The translations under genes were made by a program, and so were the position numbers. Below are positions 1 to 12,050 of a stretch of DNA of 64,000 bases, piece by piece. The stretch is taken from contig NW_026866967.1 of assembly GCF_026571515.1 (NCBI RefSeq), forward strand, positions 248,001 to 312,000. The letters are read 5' to 3'. This DNA is from Ruditapes philippinarum (lineage: Eukaryota). Below the pieces are notes generated by a model that saw only the letters and a list, made by a program, of their open reading frames with translations, did no database searches and was not told where the DNA came from. Every line of letters starts with the position of its first letter. The stretch's first letter is position 1.

Positions 1-2139
1 CTCTATCACAAACTGTACTTAAAATATGATTCATTTGAAGTCATGTTATCTTAAAAAAAATTAAATAGATAAATGATAGATAGATAATTTATTGACGTAT
101 ACATTCAGTACATAGTCATTTCACACAAAATTGTATAGTACAATTTAACACAATATCATGGTACATCATAAATAAATTTGTTTACAAAATTTGTAAAACA
201 TTAAATATTTTTTTTATCTTTTGAAAACCGTTTGTTACTTATCATCAAAGAGTCCCTGTTTGGAGAGATAATAAAACTGTCATTTATAAAAAGGCTTTTA
301 GATCTACAGCCTTTGAAGTGGAAATCTAAAAATATGTATAAACTGTTAATTGTAATAATTCAAATTATCAATTAAGTGTACTTTATCACAATGAAGTGAT
401 GTTTTATAGCTTTGCTTCTTTTTATATCAAACATTGTTATATTAATTATATTGTTTAATTCTTCAAGATGATACCACTTGATATATATTACATAAATACA
501 CGGCAATACTTCTAGATTATATAAATACACGGCAATTCTTCTGTTTTTTCGACTCGATGTATAACTATGACATTAACGGTAATGTAGAAACAATTTAGAT
601 ACATTCTTCTTACTTGAAAAATTGTATTTTTAGTGTGTCATTATCATCCGATGGCAGGGTTATAGTTGTGAATTCAAAACAGATATATATCTATATTTAT
701 AAATAAAAGGAATATATCTTCATAGCAATGGCTAACAACAAGACATATCAGAAAAATATGCCATAAAATTCCGTACATTCGAACATTACATTTACAGTTA
801 CTAAAATTGATTTGATGTCTTTTTTTATGAACGACCATAATTATGACGATTTTTTGTTGAGGAAATACAGTAATGGCATTGTTACAAATGTCATTAGATT
901 ATAACAGACGTTGGCAAATTTTAATTAAACATGCATTTTTGCATTCTAATATAAACGTTTACATTTTCAAACACTTTGGTAATAACATAATTACGGTGCA
1001 GTTTTTTGTTTTTAAATTGATTAGAACATTCAAATGTTACAAGGAAATGCAAAAAATAATGCAAGAATTATCATTTGTAAGATTACTTAGAGCTGTATCT
1101 AGGACTTTGATGAAAAGGGAAAAACTTAAAAAATACTTTGAAAATACACATAGCATAACGCATCTTCTTGGAGTTATTAAAGGGAATCCACTAAGGTTTA
1201 AAAGCCTTAAAACATAACATTTAAATTTCTTACATGAATGAGCTTGGGCACTTTATACAGAAATGTAGGAAATAAACTTTGAAATAAATTGAAAATCGTA
1301 TTTTTATTTTTTTTTTCTTAACCCGATTTGAGTGAAAAACGTTTAAACGCTTTTCATTTGGGGTCATTTTTTTACAATTTAAATGATTATTCTGGAAAAA
1401 ACGAAGTGAGCGAATGATCTTTAAGAGTAATATTTTCATTCAGATATAAACTGATATAATTAACGCATATCTTATGAATGTCACTGTAGGTTTGATTTAC
1501 GTTTTATGTTCTCATTACTTATGAAACTATACAAACATTACTGTATACTTTATAATACTACATCTCGGTGTATCCCAGGGCATTCATCAGTCAAAGATCA
1601 ATAAGTCTGTCCATTCTTCAGACGCTATTTTACAGAAATAATCAACTGTCATAATTGGATAAAACTTATTTTTATTAGCAACCATTTCAGCTATTGTGCT
1701 ATTATTGAGGCATTTCCTTCCATATATAGGCGTGTGTGTGTCTCTATATGGAATATACGTCTTGGATTTTCTTAAAGTATACAAATTTGCACATATTTCA
1801 AAATGTTAATAACCCTTTTATTATTTTATTACAAACATTTTAAGGCTATTTAAAAAAAATCGCTGCTCTTTGGTGAAATGATGTTGGGTTTATGTTTAAG
1901 AAGATTGAGAACATTGGAAAGATTTAGGTCTGCTTGAACTACATGTATCTTCTGCATTGTGACGATCCAATAATCGAAATTCAAGTTCATTTAAAAACGT
2001 AAATATATTGGCATTGGATACATATGTTCATCAAAATACAGCATGTACATATGATTTCTCCTTTTATACTTATCTTTAACGGCCATTTTCAGTTAAAACA
2101 GATTAGATCGATTGTGTTTAAAAGTAAAAGCTTATTGAA

Positions 2140-2270
2140 ACACTTTCAAACCAAACAGTACTAAGCAATTATAATTAAGTTTCTTGCTCAGTGAAACAAT
2201 AACTTGCCCCTGATTTGGGATTAGGTTGGAACCAAAAAGCACGACGCTTAAACCACCTTGTTAGCCGCAT
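2140..2270 (-). mobile_element. Degenerate tRNA-derived CORE-type SINE fragment
   Basis: CAGTACTAAGCAATT…AAGTTTCTTGCTCAGTGAAACAA matches the better copy at 43231-43385. Confidence 0.55.
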
Positions 2271-2326
2271 CACGTATACATTTTATGGTATTAATAGTTA
2301 TCAAGTGATGTGTGCCCCGTACTTCA

Positions 2327-2490
2327 GTGTTGTTATATTTTTCTGGTCCTTGGGGATCATTGAGTCCAGCAGTTTTAAGTGTTGACAATTGAATATCGCT
2401 CAAGCCGGTGCTAGGGTGCTTGAGGGATATTTCACTTGTTCATTATCCCTCAGGTATAGACTCAATCAAAGTGAGTGTAATTTTGCTGTT
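2327..2490 (+). repeat. Dispersed ~170-bp repeat, copy 1 (core GCTCAAGCCGGTGCTAG at 2398-2414)
   Basis: Homologous to 32141-32315 (inverted) and 54133-54331. Confidence 0.75.
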
Positions 2491-3770
2491 TTAATGCTTT
2501 CGAGGAATAACTTTTCACCATTTAACTTTAAATATATGCATTTTACACACAGTAGTACTTTATGGCTTGTTGAAAAAACCAAGACAACGAGGGGAAAATC
2601 ATCGACAGAAATGTCACATTAGTGTCACAACTACAAACGTCACATTCTGTCACGTGATTACAGGCCTGTGTAAACAAATTGGTTGATGACTTCTCTTATC
2701 GGACATTCGCAAATTACTCCCTTAACTTAATTATATGCTTCTCGAGATACCAAAACGGTACACAAATAGTGCTTTCCTAATAATACGGAAACCTAAAGTG
2801 TGTTTTTAAAAAAGTCGCATGACAAATTACAAATTGCCATAGACAAAGTTTTTGTTTCTCGAGAAACTTAAGAATTATTTGTTTTGTATTTTGTCTTGGG
2901 CTTAAATGAAAGTGCAGCGTGTGTTGTTTAAATGAAATAATGAAGTGATGTCATTCACATTATCCATCGTTCGGTAAAATATTTCAAACGTGTATTGAAA
3001 CTTATTCAATATTTACTGTATATGTCCAATTGGATACGGGAAGCTGTATTTCATACTACTGGTCAATACAAGTGGACCTTCTCTTACAAACAACTGGCTG
3101 TTTTTTCCCTCTGTATTGCATAAAACATTCAGCTGTAACCTGGATTGCAAGAATGTTTCAACTTTCGAAAATCGAAAATGTTTTGTTTGCTGAAGTTTGA
3201 TCATGTTTGAAAATTTAAATTTTCTAATCTTAATTTTGTCGTATATATTCACATATGTGCAGGACATAAAAGTGTTACTAAAATCAACTCTTTAATGCAG
3301 TCTGGGCAAATCAATCAGTTCTTTTAATTCCTATACGCACGTACTAAGTGTTTTAGGATGCCTGTAAATTTCAAAAGATGCTATAAATCAAATCTGTAAA
3401 ATGCAAAAAAAAAAGATATTCAGTAACACTGATGTAATCATTTTAATTTGTTTATACGAGTCTTCTTAAAACCTAACTTTCACTGGAATTAGGAGAGAAA
3501 TAAGCAATCATTATACAAATCAAGGTCAATGTTTATTCTTGTCAGTATTGACAACATCATTTGGCATCCACATTCTTCACTTCAATCACACATGTTAATG
3601 AAATCATATTAAATTGAGAGAGTTTTGTAATTTCCCAGTATTTTCCAGGCGGATTCGTTTATTGTTTTATGTCTGAAGAACCGCGCGCAACATACTTACA
3701 AAAACTTAAACATACTCTTAAGCACGATAGAACGAATTGCTATGTTTTGATTGTACAAATGGCGATAATA

Positions 3771-3880
3771 GGAGTGCGTATGTAACGCCAACACATGTGT
3801 GATCGCTTAAGCGTCAACAATTGTTTCCAAGTATCAAACATTCGGGAAATTCCGCACTTCAAACGTAACAGTTGTAGACT
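3771..3880 (+). promoter_or_regulatory. Conserved upstream element 1, copy before exon A (TAACGCCAACACATGTGT core)
   Basis: Alignable with 10258-10295, 22832-22950 and 26357-26470. Lies 1.3-1.7 kb 5' of the ATG in each cassette. Regulatory role is inferred. Confidence 0.6.
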
Positions 3881-5443
3881 CTGTAGGAAATTGCTATTTT
3901 TTCTCTCTAAAAATCTATTTTAGTGCCACGGGATTATTGTTACTAAAATGACATTATAATTATCTTTTAATTAGATATAAAACATTGGATAGTGCATATA
4001 TGACAGATTGAGATTCTTACATAATGACACGGAATTGTGGGAGTTACTATTGACGGATTTACTTCTAAGAATTAGCTATTAAATGACAATACTATTAATT
4101 GCTTCTTACACAGAAGTTTGTTCTAATTAATTAAGTTATACCCAGTGACAGGCAGAGAGTACGGAATTAATAATTTACACAAAAGGCGTACTAAGCATGT
4201 CAAATAAAAGAAACAATTCGCTAAGAATTTGTTAAACTCTTCAAACATCAATCAATAACAATAGTGGTGTGTAGCACAATTCATATACTCTAAATTAGTT
4301 GCACTAACTGCTCAGTAGGGTATAATTTGCGCTACCACTGCTTAAGCAATTATTTGACTGACTGTATTTTTTATGCAGCAGTTTGAAAAACGGATAGGAA
4401 TAGCATATGGACTGTGAATCAAAAAGAGATTGCATTCAAACATATTGTGTAGGATATCATTATTGGCAATGTGAAAGTGTCTCTAAAATTGTTAAGTATA
4501 CTTACATATACATTTATTTTCGCCATACGAGTTAAGGGAAGTAAACAAAATAAAAATAGTAAAGTTGTTATTGGTAATCCTTCAATCGGATTTGCAGAGG
4601 GTTTAGTGACCAGAATGTTTTGAGTTATGTGAAGGAAACGAACGTGAAATATGATAAGACAAGAATTGATGTAATAACATTAGCATGGGTAAGGGAAGTA
4701 CACAAGCTTTTATACTGTTCACGATAGAGTGATAAGATATATAGAGAGATTGCTATTTTCACTTCCCAGGAATGAAGATTTTCTATTTAGATCGCTAGGT
4801 AATGAGCCATTATTGCGTGACAAATTAAGGCTCATTTCCTTACGAATATTTATTAATAAGAAAACGCGAGCAGTAGAAAATAGTTTATTATATTTATAAT
4901 AAAGGATACAACCTTCTTTAATGCACTATCAGTGGACATGAGTGGGTGGATGTTTTAAATAAATCGCTTGCTCGGGAGATCTTGTCTTAATCAGTTATTT
5001 CACGTGTCGTCATGTTGAAAGTGTGTTTATCTTTAAATTTCAAATTTGTAACACATAAATAGGACATTATGACATATATGGATTTATCAATGTCTCGATT
5101 ATAAGTTTAAAAAGTGATAGCTGGCAGCAATTGACAATTAACAGTTGTATTTATTTACAAAGTTGAAGGGAAATACGGTTGGGTATAATTCTTTTAATTG
5201 AAAATCGGTGGTTTTAATCGGGCTATTTTAGGTATGCAACTGTTTCTAATTTGAAATATGTTCAAGAATCTAATTATTTCAAAGTGGTTTTAAAAATACC
5301 TATTATCTACGGAACGTATCAGATCAAACACTTACTGGATTTAAAAGGTATTTCAAACCAATATAAAGGGATAGTTAGAGCAATTATTTTATTTTAACAA
5401 TAAAAAACTATAAATAGAACATTTCAGTGCGTGTGCAGAGAAT

Positions 5444-5948
5444 ATGGATTCCGGATTTATACTAGTCATTTTTAAACTGTTTCTAGTAACAGAAATTTGT
5501 AGTCAACATTACCATAGGGAACGGACTCAACTTTACCCCATGTCCGATAAGTGTGAAATAGATCGAACTCATTTAGGTGACCATAAGATTGATATGAGGG
5601 ACGGAACGGAGGTGCAAGGTATGAAGGTAAAGTTTAAACGTTCGTGTCATCTACGGGATGTAGATGAATACCGCGGACTGAAATATGCCGAGCTTAATCT
5701 TTCAGATAAAAAGGCAATACGATTCCTTCCGAACAGAGACCTTGTCAGGCCAAAACTTAAGAAAGATAATAAAGAAAGATTTGCAACTGAGTTTAAACCT
5801 GTTTGTCCTCAAAAACTTATTGACGAAGTTAGAAAGTCATGGAATGGAATACCTGAAATAATTCTCGAAAGGCTTGTAAAAATTGGAAAGTTTACTGCTA
5901 AACAGATAGAGGCATGCCTATGGCTGAACTTGTTTGTTCCATTTAAAG
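5444..5948 (+). CDS. Variable first coding exon A: signal peptide + N-terminal part of a neuroligin-like (type-B carboxylesterase/cholinesterase-fold) protein; partial CDS ending at a phase-1 splice donor
   Basis: Hydrophobic N-terminus MDSGFILVIFKLFLVTEICS. Family motifs V-QG…VDEYRGLKYA…RFLP…FATEFKPVCPQK…QIEACLWLNLFVP (cf. neuroligin GVPYA..RF..P, ATxxxPVCPQ, QSEDCLYLNIYVP). Similarity stops at AAAG|GTAAGA (donor at 5949). Length 505 nt = 168 codons + 1. Confidence 0.88.
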
Positions 5949-6850
5949 GTAAGACTATAAACCGTATTGTACCATTAAACCTAGAACAACATGTTTTAAT
6001 ATTTTCTATGGAGACTATTTTAGGAAAAACAACATCTTTAGTAGAGAATCCACGTATTCTGAATTTAAGACGTTTTGTCCAAGTTTTTTGGTGGTAATTT
6101 ATTCAGTGACGTAAGTTATTTGATTTACAACCAACCTCCTGTTTTCTAATCTTTAACATGTGTCATTCAATAGTGAGAGACATCTTTAAAGATCCTGTAT
6201 GTTTTGTGGTTGATATTGTTACTGTGTGTATACCACACTTGCAAAAAGTTATATATGTATATAATTATGCAAATAAAATAATTTTCAAACATCGAAGAAT
6301 ATGTAAAATGTGTACTAAAACCATGAAAAAATGTGTTACAGGATCTTTAAGAAAAGGTTTACCAGTATTTCAATGCTAACTTTATATTGAATTTTGCCAT
6401 AACCACAAACAATATACTTTTAAGAGATTTTCAAACATATTGCATAGATTTCAGGCGATTAATCAGCTAGCTATCAAGTTTGTGTAAGTTCGACGAGTTC
6501 TATTTATATCAGATAATTAGGAAAACGATTGAAACATACATTTTATACATTTTCTCTTAAACCGTCTTCAAGAAAAGGTACATTGAAGCAGCTGTCATTT
6601 ATATTTTGAGTTTTATTTTCGTTAAATGTTTTTGCATGATTGTGCAAATGTTTAGCATTGGTTTACATGAACTGTTAATTATCGGGTAACAATCAATTTA
6701 AAGATGATACAATAAGATATATATTCATCAGGCATATATAAGCTATTCAAACTGTTTTCTCTTTCACTTTTGGAAATAATAATATCTAATTAACTTCTTG
6801 TCTTGACTAGCACATCTACATCACATATTACTGAGATGTCGTTGTCAAAA

Positions 6851-7087
6851 TGAGCCACGTCACGACAAAACCAACAAAGTGCGTTTGCGACCAGCATGGA
6901 TCCGGACCAGCCTGCGCATCCGCACAGTCTGATCAGGAGCCATGCTGTTCGCTTACAAACGGTATAACAAGTAGAGAAACTGATAGCGAACAGCATGGAT
7001 CCTGATCAGTCTGCGCGGATGCGCAGTCTGGTCTGGATCCATGCTGGTCGCAAACCCACTATGTTGGTTTTGTCGTGACGCGGCTCA
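6851..7087. mobile_element. Palindromic MITE-like element (~237 bp, ~100-bp inverted arms)
   Basis: TGAGCCACGTCACGACAAAACCAACA…GCTGTTCGCT (6851-6953) is a near-perfect inverted repeat of AGCGAACAGC…TGTTGGTTTTGTCGTGACGCGGCTCA (6985-7087). GC-rich insert in AT-rich intron. Confidence 0.85.
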
Positions 7088-9733
7088 AATGTCGTTATTT
7101 TGTTAGCATACTCGTAGTTGCACGAAATATGTCTATAAAAGTTGACATAATGTCATGTTAAAGCTGCCAAATGAAACTGCCATAACCCAAATCCTGTATT
7201 TTATAGTTAATATTAAATTACATACACAAAGCTATAAACGTTTGGCATTTCTTAATTTCTATTCAGAATTGTATAGGGAATACCTGTGTCATTTGCATAA
7301 TTTTATTCTGGATCGAATGATGTATATGAATAACGAAGTATAAAATGCTTTAGTTTAATGAAAATTATCTATATCTTTTTAGTAATATGATGTTATAAAG
7401 GACTGAGCTGTTGTTGAGGTTTTAATTGCATAGCAAAATAGGACAATAAAGATTAAGCAATAACAATTAATGTTAGCGCATAGAATGGTATGCGTATAAT
7501 TCTTAATGTATTTTGCAAATATTTCTTTTTTTTTGTGCTTATGCTGATATATGTCAGAAATACAAATTTTATGATTTAGGCTTTTGGATCTCAGTTGAGT
7601 TCCTTTAACAAATAAAGTGCGATTGCCAGCATAAAGTTTTTGACTCAATAATAAGACGTTTTAGAATACAGAGCTGAATTCTGGATGCATGAAATATAAT
7701 GATATAATATTTGCTGTATATCTTAATACAATTCAAATTGAATTCATACCGGGCGATCTATATATGTTTTTAAAAAAAGCTAATAATTATATTTCATTTA
7801 ACTGGTATGCGCGTTCTCAAATGATACCTAAACCATATATTTCAAAATATTTAATTTTTGTTTTTCACTGTATTATCATTTTCTTTCTCCTATATCGCTC
7901 AAAAGTATATTAATTATGGAAACGCAACATTATAATTGTGGATTATTTTTAATAAAGAATAGCTTTTAACCCTTTAGCGATAATCGTAAAATAACTTGTA
8001 AAGAAGAGTGTAATATGTTTTTTTCCGTTTTAGAGGATAACTCCCTTAAGTATTTCTTTTTTTAATCTATAAATACAAATCGTGTTTCGTAAAAGCAATA
8101 TAAACATTTTTTTTTGAAGATCGGATCAATATGTAATTGGATTTACATGTCTAGCATATCACAAAAGAAGAGTGAATATTATCTAGCTTTTCCTGACTTT
8201 TAATCGGTTATCTATTCTCAAAATAATTGACTACACCGAATAAAGGTCTAGACACTGCAATCGTTTTACAAAATGAAACATACCCTGTTTGAATAGGTCT
8301 TATTAAACTGCTAAGAGTGTACTTCTTCAACGCCAAGTCTTATCATGTTGTCCGCATGATTAACGACCTGACGTCAGGCAAATGTATACCACATTTACAT
8401 CACTACGAGAGATTCAATTTATAGATGCATCTCCCACATTAATATCATCTGCTAGCTAAAGCTTCCAAACATCTTATAATTTACAAAGCATAATCTAATA
8501 CAAAATACAATTAATCATAATTATGTTTAATAGATTAGGGGAAAATTAAGATCTAAACGAGGAAGTGTAGGGTGATTATAATTTACTTTTAAATCAATTA
8601 ATTAAATGGATGGATTTAGTAAGATGTTTGTACACCAGCAATTAATATGTGATTAAAATCTTTGCCTGTATCAATTACTCTGCATCGACCGTCTATCAAC
8701 TAAATGAAATGATTCAAATTCTTCAAAACATTTACAATTCTTACAAATATATATAGGTAAAATAAACTTACATAAGCATGAACAACATGTTTGTTAAACA
8801 TGTAAGTGATTTACAATGATTATACACAATTACAGAATTACAGAAATGAATTAGATTGGAATAAAGCATTTTAGGAAATAAATAATTCAGCTATACAAGC
8901 AAGTATATGTTGGATTTTGAATTTATTCTGCTATAATTACGATGACCAATGATAATGGTATTTTAACGAAACGATTTCGTTACCGTAAACATTCGGATAT
9001 CCGAATAAAAGGTGGTATTCATTTTCCGTTTTATTTCTGTTACATGATTTACCAATACATTGATCACGTGGTGTAAAATCCTAACGACCCGCCTTTATAA
9101 ATAGTATATATTAACGTAATTAGCTTTCTATTTGAATAGAATATAATTATATAATAAAATTCCTTTTCTTACATGTTTCACATTTATCCAAATATGCTTT
9201 ATACAAGACACTGAAATGCGTTATAAAATCCAATTTAGTTTTAGTTATTTCTTTATACGTTATCATCCTCTAGATTTCTGTCAAAATATCTGAACTTTGA
9301 TTAGATATTTTGCTTTTCCCTTTTGTCTTAATTATTCATTAAATCTTACATATATAAAACATTTGTCAAAACTTGCGTAGGAAAGATCATTTTTACTTTA
9401 TGTCATATAAAATTCATATTTCAAGCAAAATTTGCCAGCTGCACAATTAAACGAAGTAAAACTGCCAATCAAAAACCAGTGTTCAGACAAATTAGTTTCT
9501 GATATATGTATTTATTGTCAGTTAAAATAGAAGTGTTTAGACAAAAAATTCATAACAATATCAAGGAATTTATTTGCACAAAAACACGGCTGGATAAACA
9601 AATAAATTCTGAAAAGTTATTGCAGGTACTCACCATTTTATAGGAAATATTAATGTATGGAATGTTAACATAATACTTAACTTTATTACCAAAACAAAAG
9701 AAGTGCAGTTGGCTTATTATTAATAGATGGAGA

Positions 9734-9734
<1 letters not shown>

Positions 9735-9766
<32 letters not shown>

Positions 9767-9780
9767 GTTGTTGTTGTTGT
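9735..9780. repeat. (TTA)n/(TTG)n compound microsatellite
   Basis: Direct reading. Confidence 0.9.
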
Positions 9781-9830
9781 AAGGATATTTCAAACTTAAT
9801 TTTTTTTAGTTCACCTGGTTTGTAAAAAAA

Positions 9831-9919
9831 TGCACTGTAACACCGCACTTTGGGGTCAAACGCACTTTGAGGTCGGACCCCATAGTGCGTTTGACCCCAA
9901 AGTGCGGTGTTACATTGCA
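9831..9919. mobile_element. Short fold-back (hairpin) element, MITE-like
   Basis: TGCACTGTAACACCGCACTTTGGGGTCAAACGCACT / AGTGCGTTTGACCCCAAAGTGCGGTGTTACATTGCA inverted arms of ~36 bp with 1 mismatch. Confidence 0.7.
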
Positions 9920-10257
9920 CTTCACATGCTCTAAGACAATCTGTTGTTTTTTTTTATTTTTAATGAAGTTTGGGTGACATCATTATCTAGAAATATATTA
10001 ATTTGGTTGATGTGTTAATGAATCTTCACATACTTTACAATATATGAGTGCCATCTATGTAAAAACTGTATCAACGTAACGGCCATTACAATTGTACTAC
10101 CTGAGATTTATTCACTTATTTTTTAAGCCTGTTTGATATAATGGATTATAGGTCAAACGTAAAAAAAGAGATTTACAAAAGTACAGCCAAATCCAACTTA
10201 ACAACCAATAAAATTCCTGTTTTTATTGTACGGATGGTGATAATCTTATTGCGGTGG

Positions 10258-10295
10258 TAACGCCAACACATGTGTTATCGCTTAACCCATCAACG
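10258..10295 (+). promoter_or_regulatory. Conserved upstream element 1, copy before exon B
   Basis: TAACGCCAACACATGTGTTATCGCTTAA vs TAACGCCAACACATGTGTGATCGCTTAA at 3783 (27/28 identical). Confidence 0.6.
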
Positions 10296-11545
10296 GTTGT
10301 TTTATATGTCTAACAATATGACCGAACATAAGTAATATCTTCAAGACAATGCCTTTATCTTGTAGGTATTGCTTTTCTAGTAGGGAAAAAATGTCAATAG
10401 TCTTAAGAGTCTCATTCGGGATGTTTCGGGATCTTCTAGCAGAAAAAAAGACCAACACACATTTCAACAGCTTAAAGCCTTTAATGCTAAGAAGATAGGA
10501 AGTACAAAACTTAGAAAAGCCAGGAGCGAGTTCGGGAAAATTACCATCGGAATAATACTGATATTTTTCCTCGTGACGTTTTTGTCTTCTTAATAAATCA
10601 AACTGTGCAATTACTCGGATAGATTAGTTTTATGTAATTAACCGAAAGCGAAATCTTTTTTAATGACTGGTAGAGCAAACGTGTCGACATACAATGATTC
10701 CTCTAAGCTGTTAGATATAACAGATAGACACATGCATATTGAATGAAATGGAAATTGCATTCAAATTCATTATAGGAAGTTCTATTGTATCGATTCGTAA
10801 GTTTATCTTTATAAGATCGTTGCACTAATAACGTAACATTTCCACGAAATAAAGAGAGTGATAAAATGAAGAACCATTCCATTATGAGGGATAATCTATC
10901 GGGCTAGTTTTTGCTCTCAAACACCGAGAAGTTTCGCAATTGTCAGGGTAATTAACGAGATATAAGATTGACCAAGAAGAGCTTTATCACAAATATTACT
11001 GCAAGAAATTCACTCGCGTTTACATCGTTACTGGCAGTAGGATTAGATTGAAGTGATAACGGCTACCATTACATGGATACTGGAATTTTGTATTAAAGCA
11101 GATATGCAATGAGGGAATATAGCGTGATAAAATTCGCTTAATTGTGTAAAGGAAATAGTAAAGCCGGAAAAGATAGGAAGATAAAAAATGGCTTACATCT
11201 TTTCCTAAATTGAGGTATCGAAATTTTGACGATCGTATAAAAAATAGTGAAAATGTGTTATTTCAGTGATATATTTCATTTTGGCATACTTTATATGAAA
11301 ATTATGATAGTATCTTTGTTTAAGATTAAATAACATGATACATTTAATCAATAAACTACATTCAAGAAAAAAAGTTTTAACGACTTTTGCCTTTAAAGGG
11401 AGAATTTTTTATTTGGTACGATACGGTTTGTTGATTTTTGAAAAAGCGGTGGCAAAATATAAGAAAAGTAATGTTTTCTCAAAGCTGATTGCTTGGTACA
11501 TTTTACAATATTCGCCATAAATTTTTCATATATTGGCGTGCAGAC

Positions 11546-12050
11546 ATGGGCACTCAATTTATTGTATCAATTGTATTTACTTTGATAATTGAAATACAGA
11601 GTCAATATTACAAAAATGGTCAAACGCAATTTTATTCCAAGCTTTCCGGTTATTGTAAATTAGACAGAACTTATTTAGGGGATCGGAAAATTGATATGCG
11701 AGATGGAACGGAAGTTCAAGGAATGAAAGTGAAATTCAAGCCTTCATGTGGGCTACGGGATGTTGACGAGTACCGTGGACTTAAATACGCAGAACTGAAT
11801 ATTGCTGATAAGCACAGTTTGCGATTTTTACCTAATAGAGACCGAGGGCGACCTACTTCAGACAAACATAGTAGAATACAATTTGCCACAGAATATAAAT
11901 CGGTCTGCCCACAAAAACCGATGGAAGACGTTTTAAAATCATTGAAAGGAATGCCTGAAAAAATATTGGAAAAAATGGTCGAAATTGGTAAATTTACCGG
12001 GAAACAAATTGAAGGATGTCTTTGGTTAAATTTGTTTGTACCTTATATAG
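11546..12050 (+). CDS. Variable first coding exon B, neuroligin-like N-terminus (partial CDS, phase-1 donor)
   Basis: ATG at 11546, in frame with the listed ORF 11489, which starts at TTG. Signal peptide MGTQFIVSIVFTLIIEIQS. Motifs VDEYRGLKYA, LRFLP, FATEYKSVCPQK, QIEGCLWLNLFVP. Ends ATAG|GTAAGG (donor at 12051). 505 nt, same length as exon A. Confidence 0.88.

Noticed and set aside
873-3267. Remaining short ORFs here and throughout the window
   Set aside because: AT-rich compositional ORFs with no motifs, paralogs or splice context.
5949-6097. C-terminal extensions of the listed ORFs beyond VPxx-G (also 12051-12118, 17324-17355, 24821-24846, 28418-28467)
   Set aside because: Paralog similarity ends exactly at the GT donor. 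The tails differ in length and sequence and are intron read-through.
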